A stretch of 64,000 bases of DNA from Eledone cirrhosa. Its lineage: Eukaryota. The notes below the pieces were generated by a model. The model was not told where the DNA came from, did not search any database, and saw nothing but the letters and a program-made list of their open reading frames with translations. The position numbers and the translations under genes were made by a program. Within the stretch, counting starts at the first letter, position 1. Every line of letters starts with the position of its first letter. Of the stretch, positions 13,414 to 27,765 are shown piece by piece. The stretch is from contig OZ024742.1 of the NCBI GenBank assembly GCA_964016885.1, forward strand, positions 141,422,001 through 141,486,000. Reading direction: 5' to 3'.

Positions 13414-13895
13414 GTTTGTAAGTATACTTTTTTCCTTCGCTAGTAAAAGTTTTCGGAATAAAAGCGAGCGTTTGCCATTTTGAATGTTGCTCCATTCTCT
13501 ATTTTGAAAGAAATACCTCAATAGTACATTATTCAATTTCATGTATTTTTATTTCAAGACCTTTATATTGATTAAGTTAAGCACTCATTTTTATATATAA
13601 CGTCACGTTTTTTAAATATTCTGCGTATCATTATTGTTATTGTTGCTCTTGTTGTTATTGTTATTAATTCTGTAAAGAATTCACTTCCTGGAGCAGGCTT
13701 AGAAACTTTATGCCAGCCAACAACTTAAAGAATTAAATTATTGACCCTCAGAATAGTCGCATATATACCATTTTATCTGTACCACACTAACATTTTTTTT
13801 TTATCAAGATATATAATGCTTCTATTAAGGTTAGCACCTCTTTCAGCTATCCAAATGTTTTTATCGTATTGATTTTATTATGGCGTAAACGCGTA

Positions 13896-13896
<1 letters not shown>

Positions 13897-13950
<54 letters not shown>
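13897..13950. repeat. (TAA)n microsatellite
   Basis: Read directly from the sequence. Confidence 0.95.
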
Positions 13951-13951
<1 letters not shown>

Positions 13952-14214
13952 TAAAAAGAATACTAGCACCCCATTTTCACCTCAAACTCAAAATAAACAG
14001 AAAATAACACCGGAGAAGCAACTCCTATAAACTACAATGTCACCCTACCCACTACCACCCCCAGCATTAATCTCCCTGCCACCACCACCAACACCACTCA
14101 CACCACAAGAACAGTTGAGAAAATTCTTGTACACCTCTTACAGCTGCAACCATAACAATATCACCTCAATCAACAACAGCAATGACCATAACTATACTGT
14201 TATAATAGTAATAA

Positions 14215-17200
14215 TGATCTTAGTGCCAGCCAGCAAATGCACTACCCAAAGAGCCGGGCAACTTTCCATGTACGTCCAATACCATGCGTAAAGCAAGCAT
14301 GTACTGCGAGATGAACAAATAAAAATTAATACACAATACCAAATCGCTTTTCCTATGGTTAATTAGGAAGCGCGTCCCTCATGAAGGTGCCAACCTGAGA
14401 TCAAAAAGTCCTCCTCTGGCACAAACTCTTCTCCAATTATGGACCTGGATGGTCACTTGATCGGGGATTGCCCCAACTCGAGCCCTCCAGATCCACCACC
14501 CAAACCACCTAAAAAAGAAAAATCTAAAAGGATGAAATGGACCCGAGAAGAGTATAAAGAAGTAACATATGCATATTACTATGCATTAGGTAAGCCATCA
14601 CAAGACAGACACACTTTAAACTCCTACAAAATCTAGAAAACTCGGAATCAAGCTAGCAGACGTGATATGGATGGAAATAAGTTGGCAAATGTAAGGAGGT
14701 ATATCTTCAGAAATAATAGACTCACAGACACTGAACTAACTGCGATCAAGCAGGCTGTGGAGAATGACATAAATATAAATGATGAAAGAACTGAAGAATC
14801 TCCTGGAGATAGTAACCAGTCACAAGTCTTTACTGAAAGATCTCCATCTGACCAAATCACAAATAGATTTGTAGAAATGAGGAGCCCTATTGAACCCGCG
14901 TAAAATATCCAGGAGAGGGACTTAGAAACAGTAATTGAAAAGCAAACATCTGCTGAAGAACACAGGGAGACTATGAAGGAATAAAAGCAAAAAATACTGA
15001 ATGAGCTTGCAGTAGTATAAGACATTCTAGTATAAATAATAGAGAACCACTTCAAAAACTCCCAATACAATCCAAAATAGAAAACAAATAATGATTGGTA
15101 ATTCTGTGACAAAATAAATCATATAAGAACTAGAACCTGATCTTACTGAGTTAAATGAAATCATTTATGCATCTTCTAGAGTAATTGAAACAAGTTGTTT
15201 ACCACCAAAAAAAAAACAAAAAAAAAATCGAACCTTCGAGGTAAATAAACTTGGAGGAGTAGAATTGAAACAGGAGAAATATCTTTATTGAGTGAGTTAA
15301 CCACTGGAAATGATATAAGATCCAAGAAGGTAAGAAAGCTAAAGAGAAAATATGGACTGTCTTCTAGAGAAGCAATAGTTTCAACAAAAGAATCTCTGAA
15401 ACAAAAAGTCCAAGTAAAAGCCCAATGAATTCGTAGATTCGAGAAGCGAAACAACTTCTACAGACAAAATAAGTTGTTCTCATCCAATGTCAAGTCATTT
15501 TATAGAGAAGTAGGGAAGAAAAAAATAATTATTGAAGACGTTGAAAAATAATTATAGAAGTTGAAAACTTCTGGAGTAAGATTTGGAGTGATGAGAAGAC
15601 ATATAATGCTAATGTAGATTGGATTAGTCGCCTGGAAAAATCCTACACAAATTTAGAAGAACAGGCGTGGGAAGACATCTCTATAGCGGACTTAAGGACA
15701 GCACTCAATAAATCTCATAAATGGAAATCTCCTGGTAGAGACAGGGTGCCAAATTTCTGGCTTTCCTCACTCCCGTACACTCACAATATATTGGTCAAGC
15801 TGTTTAATGGGATTATGAAAGATCCCAAAAATACACCTGATTGGATAGCAAGTGGCATTACTTACCTTCTACCAAAGAACAATGAAACCAAAGATCCAAA
15901 AAACTATCGGTCCATAACCTGCTTGTCCACCACTTATAAACTATTAACCTCTATTCTCATGGAAAAAGCATACGTGTTTTTGGAGAACAATCTTTTCCCC
16001 AGTGAACAAAAAGGGTGCCGACGAGGTTCATATGGTTGCAAAGATCAACTTTTGATTAATCGTATGATCCTTGAGAACTGTCATAATAAACACAGAAATC
16101 TCAGTTCTGCATGGATCGATTATAAAAATGACAGCATACCACACTCATGGATTCTGAAATCACTGGACATCTTCAAAATCTCACCTGTGATCTCAAACTT
16201 CCTGAAACACAATATGTCATTATGGAACACAAATCTCCAATTGTCTCATTCCACTGGGGTACTGTGCTCTAGGAATATAAACATCAACTGTGGTATATTC
16301 CAGGGTGACTCACTTTCACCCTTGCTTTTCTGCATAGCTTTAATACCCCTTACATCCGAGCTTAATAGAACAGGGTACGGTTATAGAATTGACAACAAAA
16401 AAAATAAGCCACCTATTTTATATGGATGATTTGAAGCTATATTGCAAAGATAATGACGAACTGGAAGGCCTTTTGCAGACAGTAAAAACGTTTAGCGATG
16501 ACTCAGGATGGAGTTTGGACTTGACAAGTGTGCAAAAGCCACTTTCAAGAAGGAGAAGCTTGTCAACTCAGACTCAGTTGAATTGGAGGCTGAAACAATC
16601 ATAAAGGAACTTGAGCAGGAACAAACCTATAAATACTTAAGGATTAATGACGGCTCTGGCATACAGCATGCAAGTATGAAAGAGAGGATAAGGAAATCAT
16701 TTTACAGGAGAGTACGTGCAGTTCTGAGATCAGAACTAAACGCTCGTAACAAGGTGTTAGCCATAAATTCCTTGGCAGTCCCAGCTGTCACTTATAGCTT
16801 CGGTGTGTTGAACTGGAATATGAGTGAAATCAAAAGAAACAACACCAAAGTCCGTAAGCTAATGACATGTAATGGGATGCACCACCCAAAAGCAGATGTG
16901 GATCGTCTTTACCTTCCTAGAACTCAAGGAGGCCGTGGCCTGATCTGATTTGAACTTGCTTACAAGACCACCATCATTGGACTGGCCAAATACCTTGAAA
17001 CAACTAACGACTGTATGCTGAAACTTGTTGAAAAGCATGAGAGAAGTAAGAAGCTTCATTCTATCTTGAAGGAGAGCAAACAATATGCTACTGATCTCAT
17101 GCTTGATACCCAGGCTGGACAGACTAAAGAAACTGTTGCAACTGATGCTGCTAGGCACATAAAATCACTGGCAAAAGGAAAAGGGCAAGGACAATTAGCA

Positions 17201-18182
17201 TCAAATTGGGAGCAGAAACCTCTGCATGGCAAATATGTGGCCCGTAGCAAACAAGCTGATGTTGACCAAAAGCACACCCATCAGTGGCTACGTAGTTCAG
17301 GGCTAAAGTCGGAGAGTGAAGGCTTCATCTTAGCTGCCCAATCTTAGCTGCCCAATTACTTGACTCGTAATTACCAGGCCATTGTGATGAGAAACGGAAT
17401 AAACCCAAAGTGCCGATCTGCAATGCTGGGGTTGAAACAGTGGATCACTTACTCTCTGGATGTAAAGTTTTAGTACCGGTAGAATACAAATATAGACATG
17501 ACAGAGTTGGCCAATATCTACACTGGGTCGGCATTACAAAATCAAAGCTGAAGACAAGTAGTACAATCATCACCCTGAGGCTGTGACTGAAGGAGAAAAA
17601 GTAACAATTCTCTGGGACTTTCCTGTACATACTGACAGGACCATGAAAGCAAATGGACCTGAAATCATTATAAAAGATCAACATAGTAAGGTCTGTTTAG
17701 TGATAGATATGAGAATCCCATGTGATCACAATATCGCGGCAAAAGAATTTGACAAGCTACGAAAATATAAAGATCTGCTTATTGAAATTGAGAAAATGTG
17801 GCACCTCAAGGCCGTTACAATACCAGTAATTGTGGGAGGACTGGGAATGATCAAGAAAGGAACAGAACAATATTTGCCAATGATTCCTGGTTTACCCTCT
17901 CTGCACGAGGTGCAAAAAATTGTTTTGACTGGTACTGCACACGTATTGAGAAGAGCACTATCTCTGTAAGATTGATATCCCTCCTTGTATTTACATATGC
18001 ATATGCACATGTGTATATATGTATACTGTTTTTTTTTAAAAATTATAATCAATGTGCTGTATTAACTGGCTTACCAATGCACACTGTAAATTTATTTGCC
18101 CTAGGTGTCAGGTAGACACTCGGCATATATCTCAGAAACAATAATGAAAGAAAATAAAAATAACAATAATAATAATAATAAT
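14215..18182 (+). mobile_element. Near full-length, decayed R4/Dong-clade non-LTR retrotransposon (RT, CCHC, RLE)
   Basis: Motifs RMKWTREE, KSPG.D.VPNFWL, YRSITCLSTTYKL, EQKGCRRGSYGCKDQLLI, GIFQGDSLSPLLF, HLFYMDDLKLY, MEFGLDKC, DRLYLPR..GGRGL, ETVDHLLSGC, RHD and ILWDFPVHTDR..VID..KYKDL. Many stops and frameshifts across 14439-17969. It ends in (AAT)n, consistent with the known (TAA)n targeting of Dong. Confidence 0.92.
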
Positions 18183-20478
18183 GGTTTCTTTATTGGCCAC
18201 AAAGGCTAACATGAAGAAAAACATTACAGACGGCACAGAACGGTACAGGACGATACAAAGTGGGTTTTGGCCGTGTGAAAAGGTTATAACTAGAAGCTAG
18301 AAATGTGTAAAAACAAATAAAAAAAATTCAAACAAAAAATTCCCCCAAAAGGGGAAACCTCCGAGGGTCACTCGTGGTGAAAACCACACAAAAGACCACG
18401 GCCACCCTGACCACCAGGGCAAGCACGATCTCTCAGTTCTTCCACTCCTCAGTCTACAGGTGCATACTCAGAATGGGCCCGTTCACTAGAACCAGATTCG
18501 CCACTTTCACCCACCGTTCAACAAACTTACTAGAAGATAGCACTTGCCTCTCCACCCTGATTTTCCTCTTCAAGTGAAATTTGAAAAAGTTAATCAGGGA
18601 TTCGCCGAAGAGGAAAGTGTCCGTCTTCAATCCTTTCAACCTTGTCCACCATACAATCTCTTTCGCCATGGTCACCAGGCAGATGAAAACTTCCTGCCCT
18701 CCCTCCTCCTTAAAGGAGGACGGTGGGGCTATCTGCACAATAGACTCAGTCGATAACCGGATCAGTCCTACACGTGACAGCAAATGTTTCACATAGCTCC
18801 ACAAGTCAGCAATGGTCGGATACTGATCGAGTGCGTGCACAACGGTTTCGTTGCCCTGTGCGCATCTCGGACAGGTTCGGCTGACGGCAATTCCGTGCCT
18901 GTAGAGCTTATCTCGAACCGGCAACGCTCCCTGGTAGCACTGTAGGTCAGGGATTTCTGGAAGTTGTCCATAGGCCCCGGGCTGAAAGTTGTCTTGAAGA
19001 GAGCGAACAGCTGATCGTCTTCGACGCCCAGGGTCTCATCGAGAACGCCATCACTCTTCCCCTCCACTAGTGCTCTATAGAACGCCAAGGTGGATGTTCC
19101 ACCGATACTAATGCCCAGATGGTAGAAGGCTGTGAGCGCTTGGAGACATTCCAGCTTCCAAGCGCTATCCCTAGGTCTTTTCCTGATCCAGGACTGCAGC
19201 TCCGTTAATGAGACGAGCTGGGGAAAAGCACGTCTGGCAAACGGCGACCACACCTGTTCACCGTCAAGGAAGCACCAGAGATGTCGCAGCCTCAGCGTGT
19301 GTTTGCGCATCATCAACCAGGGCATGCCCAACGGATGTTGACAGCAGATGGCTCGTCTGACCACAAGGAGCACGTCCCTTCCATAAAAAGCGGAAGAGAA
19401 GGCGCCCCATTTTTGTCAGAGTTGGGCCAGGGCAAGGCACAACGGTTAAGTGGTAGCATATGACGGATGCGACGAACGCATTCGCCACCTATGCCCGACC
19501 TTTCAGAGACAGCTCCCTCTCAGCCCATTTCTGGGTGAGAGAGGCCACCCTGCTAGTCACCTCCTTCCAGATTTTCTTCATCTGAGGGCCGGACCGAATC
19601 AGATCCCGAGCAATTTAACCGGTCCTTCCGTCCAGCGCCCCACGACGCTGTCGGGCGGCATGAACTAGCCTCTCCAGGTGCCGAGCTGCAAGCCCACCGA
19701 CTTTTCCTGGTTTAACTTTGATCCTGTCACTGCTTCATATTCCTTGAGATTAGTGCCGAGTCTGGACATGTCCGGTGCTTGACACTACCACGGTGAGGTC
19801 GTCGGCGTAAGCCGATACGGATCTCCCACATCCCAGTTCACGTGGGACGCCTCTCATAGCCTCCAATTTGCACAGTAATGGCTCTAGGGCCAATGCGTAC
19901 AAGAACGACGAGAGGGGACAACCCTGGCGGACCGAGCACATGATGCTGAACGGCTGTGACAGATGACCGTTCAGCTTGACATCTGAGTAGATGTCGCTGT
20001 GCATCGCAGCAATCCAACCCCTGAAGATGGGCCCGAAACCGGCCACCTCGAGGACCGCCGCCAGGTAGCAATGTTCGACTCTATCAAATGCCTTAGATTG
20101 ATCCAAGTTGATCAGGGCCCCATCCGTGCTAGGGTCCTTAACAACCCTCTCTATGATCTATCGCATGAGGTGGAGGTTGGCGAGGATGGATCCGTCTGGA
20201 ATGGCGCATGTCTGCGCCTCTCCCACCAGATCACCGACGACAAGCGCCAACCTCGTTGCTAACACCTTGGCCAAAATCTTGAAATCTGCGTTCAACAGAG
20301 TTATGGGCCTGAAGTTGTCTATAACATCCCCCTTGTTCCGGTCTTTTCTCAACAGCACCACCGTTCCCCGGCTCACAAAACTAGGAATGCTCCCGTTCTG
20401 CTGCCAGTTGCAGCAGACATCTGCTAAGAGGTCGCCGAACAAGCCAGGTATGTAGGCATAAAGATCGTAGGGCAGACT
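18183..20478 (-). mobile_element. Tx1-like LINE, family B, 5'-truncated ORF2 with (ATT)n tail
   Basis: NFRPITLLNADFKILAKVLATRL, DQSKAFDRV, VRQGCPLS, AYADDLTV, CPRCAQGNETVVHAL. The 3' end reads GTGGCCAATAAAGAAACC(ATT)n. Confidence 0.92.
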
Positions 20479-23400
20479 GGTGGATTTTAACTGGCTTCAT
20501 TGATTTCTACGAAGACACCATCATTTCGATGGGAAAGTCCTCCAGAGGCACATTCAATGGTACAAGCATGGAAGTTCTGGTCCAAATGAGGCCAGAAAGG
20601 ATAGCTAAAATACTCCAACGTGTGCCTCTGGATGGAATTTCACACATAAACATTTCTGTTGAGGGTAGGCGGCCTTCATGTTACCACTGTTTAAGCAGTG
20701 GTCACCTGAAGGCTTACTGTCCTCAGTTAACTACAAAAAAAAGAAGCACTACTGCCAACACCCAAAACAACAACACAACCACCACCACCACCACCACCAC
20801 CATCACCACAAAAACAACAACAACACGCAAACATAACCAAAACAAAAACAACAAACCAACCTGCAAGCAGAGTCCCACCCAAACCCACTCCACCTAAAAC
20901 CACTGCAAAAATACCCACAAACACAACAGCTCCCCAAAACATACCCCTTCCAAATAACACAGACACCACAACAGACGAAGCCCCCTCATCATCACTAAGT
21001 GACAATGAGGGAGAACCTCTCCATTCGAAAAGAAAGAAGAAAAGACACCACAAGAACAAAAAAACAACAAACATCACTACAAACATACAACCACCAACAC
21101 AAACAACACAAACATTACAAACAAAAACCCCCCGTCCCGAAAACAAAACCACGACATCACTCCAAACACAAACACCTACAACAAAACGAAAGCTCCCACA
21201 AGAACAACAGACAAAAACCACCGCAACACAACAAGAACATTACACATAGATAAAAAGTAAAAACAAAACTTTAATGGAGGTCAAACTTTTTCGAACTGTG
21301 TAGACAAACCAATTTAAAGATGATTACGGACACCTACAAGTCTTTAAAGGAAAACTTTCCTAAGGGCGTGGGTAATCCTTGTGTTTGTGTTAAACCCATT
21401 AAGCGCGTCCATTTAAAAAGTTTCCCCACCCTCACCCCTGACACCCCACCCAGAGACCCCCACCCCATCAGACACTCCCACCCCATCAGACACCCCCTCC
21501 ACACTAAACATCTCCGTCTCCACCCCGCCGGAAACCACCACCCACCCAGACAAACCCTCTAACACCCCCATGGAAATTGTGCGGCCTGGTCCCCGGGAGA
21601 CGAAGAGATGAGTGTTTTCTTCTCCTCTTCTTTTAACTTTTCAGAACCAACATGGCCAATATAAGAGTTGGATGTACGCGGCCTGGGGATGCCCTGGAAA
21701 TAGGGCAAACTCTTAAACGACCTCAGGTTGCACAGTATGGATGTAGTAGCCATTTGCGAGTCCAGATCCACAGCGAGCGACAGCTAGCCCCATCTTCGAC
21801 GACTTTGAGATCTACGCATCTGTCTGTCAGCCGGGAGGTGGGGCGGCGTTGCCGTTTTGCTGCGGAAACACCTGGGCCTCGTAACACAGACGGTACATCT
21901 GGAGCCAGAGGGTCGACTGCTGGTCCTAGACGTTGACGGTAGTGAGGTGGAGCCTTCAGGCTGGTGGCCGCATATGCCCCATCCGGGACGCCGCGGCCAG
22001 ACTTCTTTAAACGTCTAGAGACTTTTCTGGGAACGTCCCGACCTTGCTTTTTGTGGGGGACTGGAATGGAATCCTAGATGCACGTTGGGAATATGTAGGA
22101 GCATGTCCCGATAAAGGGGGGTGTAACAACCTCAAACAGTTAATCAGCCGATTTGACCTGGCCGGTAGATATCGACTAGATTTTCCGACTGTGCCACTGT
22201 GGACGTGGACTAATCGTAGCGGAACATCTAGATCGTACCTAGATAGGGTTCTAGTTAGAAAGAAGGATAGGGACATGTTAAGCTGTCCACAAATGTTCAT
22301 GGTTGCCTATTCAGATCACAAATCAGTGACCTGTATGGCCAACCTTGATAGAACCCATAGACAAGGACCTGGCTACTGGAAGCTGAACTTGTCGTTACCG
22401 ACAAGCAAAGCCTACAGTAGACGGATTAGCACTTTAGTTAAACAGCACTTGACAGGGGCCATTGTCAACAACAGATGGTGGTACTCTCTCAAGAGGGCAG
22501 TTAGATTAGACTCGATAGGTTTTAGTAAAGAATTAGTGTTAGATAGAAATAAGACCGAAAAGGAACTGGTAGATAAAGTAGAAGAGGCACTTAGTAGTGG
22601 CAACTTAGCCAGCGTGCTAGCGACGAGAGCGGCATTGGACCAGTTCTTCGACGCAAAGCATGAAGGCTGCGTTGTCAGAAGCAAAATACGTGCTCTGGGA
22701 AACGAGGGAGCCAAAGCTGTTAGCTGGGCCCGAGTGACGGAGGCAAAAAGTCCACGATTCGGTCTTTGAAGGACCAAGACGGACGCGTGATACGTGAGCC
22801 GAAGCAGATTTGTGCAGCCTTTCAGCGGCACTTTGCTCAACTGTTGGGGCAGCGCGGCGTACCGGGAGGGGTTATGGATTTCGGTCCATACCTCGACGGC
22901 CTAACGCGACTCTCGGACAGCGAGGCGAAGTTCTGCGAAAAGCCGATTTCAGCCGCTGAGATAGGGGACGCGCTGAGCCAATGCGGCAAACACAAATATC
23001 CAGGTCTCGACGGTCTACCCGACGAATTTTACGTAGCAATGCTGGACTTGTTTCTCCGGTCTCCTGGAAGAGGTCTACTGCAACTGGCAGCAGAACGGGA
23101 GAATTCCTAGTTCTGTGACCGCGGGCGTAGTCACACTAGTCAGGACTGACGAGAATATGGGGATGACATAGGCAACTTCCGGCCCATAACTCTGCTAAAC
23201 ACAGAGTTACAGATTTTGGCCAATGTGTTGGCAAAGAGGCTGGCGCTTGTCGTCAAGAACCTGGTGGGAGAAGCGCAGACATGCGCAATCCCGACCAGGT
23301 CCATACACGACAACCTCCACCTCATGCGATACATCATAGAGAGGGTAGGTTGTAAACCCGGCTTCGGTGGGGCCCTGATCAACTTGGATCAGTTTAAGGT

Positions 23401-25312
23401 TTTCAATAGGGTTGACCATCGTTACCTGGATGCGGTGCTCGAGGCGGCAGGCTTCGACCCGTGTTGAGGGGCTGGATTGCTGCAATGCACAACAGCAACA
23501 TCTGCTCAAGGGTCAAGGGGAACGGCTACCTCTCAGAGCCGTTCCATATCACGCGATCCATTCGACAGGGATGCCCTCACTCCTCCCTTGTGTAGGTACT
23601 GACTCTCGAGCCACTACTGCGGAAGCTGGAGCTATTGCAGGGCATCCTTCTGGAACCGGGACTGCGGAAAGCGGCGTCGGCCTACGCCGACGACGTGACG
23701 GTAATGGTGTCGAGCACCTCGCAAATCAAGGAAGTCAGCACCTTACTGAAGGAATACGAAAGTTTCACAGGAGCGAAGCTGAACCGGGAAAAGTTCATCG
23801 GTTTGCAACTCGGATCGTGGAGAGGCAAACCGATGCCTTCCGATGGCGTCGTCGGAAGGACCGGTAAAGCTGCACGGGGTCTGGTTTGGTACGGACCTCC
23901 AGGTGGAGAAGACCTGGTGACGGCGAAGGTGTTTGCACTCACCCAGAAGTGGGCCGAGTGAAAACTATCCTTGAAAGGTCGAGCGGAGGTGGCGAACACT
24001 TTTATAGCGTCGCCATCTACTACCGCTTGACCGTCGTGCCTTGTCCAGCCAAAACGCTGACCAAAATGGAGCGCGCGCTCTTCAAATTCCTTTGGAAGAG
24101 GCGGGCTCCTTTGGTGAGAAGATCCATCTGCTGCCAACACCCTTCCAACGGAGGGCTGGGGATGCCGTGGCTGATGATGCCGTGGCTGACGATGCGCAAA
24201 CACGCGCTCAGGCTGCGGCATCTCTACGTATTCCTCACCGGACAACCGGTGTGAGCCCTGTTCGTGAGGCGAGCCTTCCCACGACTCGTCTCGCTGACCG
24301 AGCTGCAGTCCTGGGTCAAGCAAAGACCGAGGAAAATGGGCGACTGGCACATCGAATGTGCTCAGGCGCTCACAGCCCTCTGGCAGGAGGACCCGGCGAT
24401 CAGTGGATACTCCACTTCGTCATTGTATAGAGGGTTGATCCGCGACGACGCGCTCGGTGAAACTTTCGGCGTAGAGGAAGACGAACTGGCCAGTCTGTTC
24501 GGTAGGACCTTCCGCCCGGGACCGATGGACAACTTCCAAAAGTCCCTGGCCTGGCAGTGCTACTGAGGAACTCTACCAGTTCGAGACAAGCTCTACAGAC
24601 ATGGGCGCTCGGGAAGGGACCCTTCGAAAAAGATCTGTCCGAGGTGCGTGCGAGACGAAGAAACCGTCGCGCACGCATTCATACACTGCCCGGGCGTTAC
24701 CGACCTGTGGGGCTATGTAGAACGACTATTGTCGCGGATGGGACCAATCCGGTTGACCACCGAGTCCATTGTCATGATCAAACCGCCACCCTCCTTCAAA
24801 AACGAAGGAGAGGCGGTTTTCCTTTGTGTGATAGCTATGGCGAAAGTTGTTGTATGGGGGATAAGGTTGAAAGGGCTGAGGTCAGACACCTTTCTCTCCG
24901 GCCAACAACTGATTCTTTTTTTCAAATACCACTTTGGAAGAAGAATCAGGATGGAGAGAGAGGTGCTGTACCCCAGCAAGTTTTATGAAAGGTGGGTGAA
25001 AGTGGCGAGAATGGCCCGAGTGAATGTGCCTTCTCTCTATATCAGCCTGTAGGTTGAGGAAAATGAGGAAGAGAGGAAAGGGGTACTCACTCTTCGTACT
25101 CCTGGAGATGAGGGTTGCACATTTTTTTCGAGTGTATGTGTTACCCATATGTAATGCCCCCCCCCTCCCTATTGGGGAAAATCGACTAATTTTTAAATTG
25201 CATTTGTGATAATATTTTACACGTTTTTATTGTATGTAAACTTCCTCCTTTGTATTTTGTCCCCTTCTTTTGTGCCCCTGTGGGTAATAAAGAAACATAT
25301 CTATCTATCTAT
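20479..25312 (+). mobile_element. Tx1-like LINE, family A, copy A0 (5'-truncated in ORF1, decayed)
   Basis: ORF1 knuckle CYHCLSSGHLKAYC. ORF2 runs 21652-25052 with APE (GDWN, YLDR, YSDH), RT (YADD) and a C-terminal CCHC. AATAAA at 25286 is followed by (ATCT)3. Confidence 0.95.
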
Positions 25313-26302
25313 GTGTGTATTATACGTTTGTATATATATATATATATATATACACATATATATATCCACATACACACACACACATTATCTGAATATATAT
25401 ATATAAACGTCTGTATGTAGGTATGCGTACATTTGTGTACAAATTAAAAAAATAATAATTTTAAACGAAAAAATATAAGTATTTGAAAACTAACCAGATA
25501 TCTTTGTTCAGATCTGAATTGCTATTCTGCTCTTGAAATAAACCCGGGTTATTTTAAGTCTGTCTATTTTTCCATACATTGTTTTTCTTTTAGCCGATAT
25601 CTTTTTCATTGTATATGTAGTACATATGTTCTTACTATATCAAACATATAGTAACTCTGTCCATTTATATAAAATTCGCAAACATTTCTTTAACCACACA
25701 AAGACTTAGATAATGTCTTCAAGGCAAGTCTCTTTGACAATAAACATAGCAGAAACAAGATTAGAAATAACTTCATACGACGACTCCGTCTCACCTTTAT
25801 TCAACGTAACTTTTTTGCAATTCTTTCAATACTTCATTTTTTAATTTTGTATATTTCATTTATGATTATTTCCATCCTCCTCTCTATATTTTTTGGTTCT
25901 TTTCCATGTCGAGAATTTTGTTGCTTTTTGCATGTTTACATGTTCATTTTTGTTTCGTAGTTTTTTTTAAATTATTTTTCATGTTGTTCGTATTGATCTT
26001 GTTTTTGATATTGTTACTGTCGTATTCTGTCTTATTATTATATCTTACTGTTTATGGTTGTTTGTTTATTTGTTATATTTTTGAGGCTTTTAGAGTTACT
26101 GAAATATACTTTAACAAATTCTAGATTTTTAAAGAAAAGTTTTTGTTTATTTTAGGTTCGTAATAAGATTAAAGTTGTTTGTTATATGTTAAATCAGTAC
26201 TAGAGGGGTTCTTTTTATTTAATCTTTGACAAAAATGCTAACTACCCTGTCGGGTTTCATTTCTGTCTGCACTTGAAATGAGAAAATATTCAACCTATAT
26301 AT

Positions 26303-27085
26303 GCTAGAAATAATTCATTCTAACATTAACGCAAAGCCGGCAATTTTGAGGTAGAATAAAGTTGATTATATTGATTCCAGTACTTAACAGATTCATTATT
26401 TTATCGAACCCGGAAGGATGTAAAGCAAAGTTGACTTCAGCTAGAATTCAACTCAGAGCGTAGAAAATACGTTACTAGTACTTTATTTTATGGACCCCGT
26501 AAGAGTAAAAGGCAAAGCTATCCTCGGCGGTATTTGAACTCAGAACCCAAAGGGACGTAACTATATGCCACAAAGCATATTATTCGACGTTCTACCAATA
26601 TTGCCAATCTTCCACCTTTTAATTGCTAGAAAATAATGGGTTCTCATTTAGGCACAAGGCCAACAATTTTGGGGGAGGGGAAAGTCGATTAAATCGACCC
26701 CGAGTGCGTTACTGACACTTTATTTTATTGACCCTGTAATGATGGAAGGCAAAGCTAACCTGGGGGGGATTTGAACTCAGAACGCAAAGAGCCGTAACTC
26801 TATGCTGCGAAGCATGTTGTCCGACGCTCTACCGATACTGCCAATCCATCGCCCTTAATTGCTAGAAAATAATTGTTTCTATTTTAGGCACAAGGCCAGC
26901 AATTACCCAGTGCATTACTGGTACTTTATTTTATCGACCCCGTAAGGATGAAAGGCAAAGTCAACCTCGGCGGGATTTGAACTCAGATCGTAAAGGAACG
27001 TAACTATGCTGGAAAGCATAGCGTCCGACCCTCTACAAAGCATAGCGTCCGACCCTCTACAATATAAATACTGCTAGAAAATAAT
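26303..27085 (-). mobile_element. Tandem cluster of 3-4 tRNA-derived SINE copies
   Basis: Repeated units TTAGGCACAAGGCC..TATCGACCC..AAGGCAAAG..ATTTGAACTCAGA..GCCAATC, each bounded by GCTAGAAAATAAT (about 26303, 26625, 26861, 27073). Confidence 0.85.
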
Positions 27086-27436
27086 GACAATGTAAACGTA
27101 ATTCTCACAATGTGGATGGATATTCAGCAGCTATGGAAACTATGTACCTGGGAACACAGTAGCATATGAAGAAACTTACTCATTTCACCCTGAAGAGATC
27201 ATTAAGGGATTAGTATAGATAGCTTAGCCACATGTTCGTATTTTGCAAAATATTAAACTGACGCTTTTAGCTATTTGTTGGTTGACTATTTCTAAACATA
27301 TATATTTAAGATGATTGTTAAGTAAATGCAAATTTTATCTACGTATGATTTCCCGCAGGGTATATATCTAGTTCTGAATTATTCATCTTAGATGTAGTTT
27401 CGTAAAATCCACCTGCTTTCTTCTTTACACACTTAC

Positions 27437-27475
27437 ATGCACACACACATACACACACGTACATGCACACACACG

Positions 27476-27549
<74 letters not shown>

Positions 27550-27670
27550 GGTAGATCTCCTCAGAGGAGCTTTAGAATTGTTTCTTGTGTTGCACTAGTT
27601 AAAAATACATGCAGCGTCTTTGGGTGTCAACCGAACCCCGGTAATAAACATACCCACGCAAATACATACG

Positions 27671-27763
<93 letters not shown>

Positions 27764-27765
27764 TA
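27437..27765. repeat. Two (CA)n microsatellites
   Basis: Read directly; the tracts lie at about 27437-27548 and 27674-27754. Confidence 0.95.

Noticed and set aside
14380-14440. Possible HDV-like ribozyme at the R4/Dong 5' end (GTGCCA/TGGCAC pairing, TCCTC)
   Set aside because: I could not assemble P2, P1.1 and P4 convincingly by eye; it needs a descriptor search.
25480-26230. Strand-biased A-rich (minus) segment resembling a decayed ORF1
   Set aside because: It has multiple stops and no recognisable domain.
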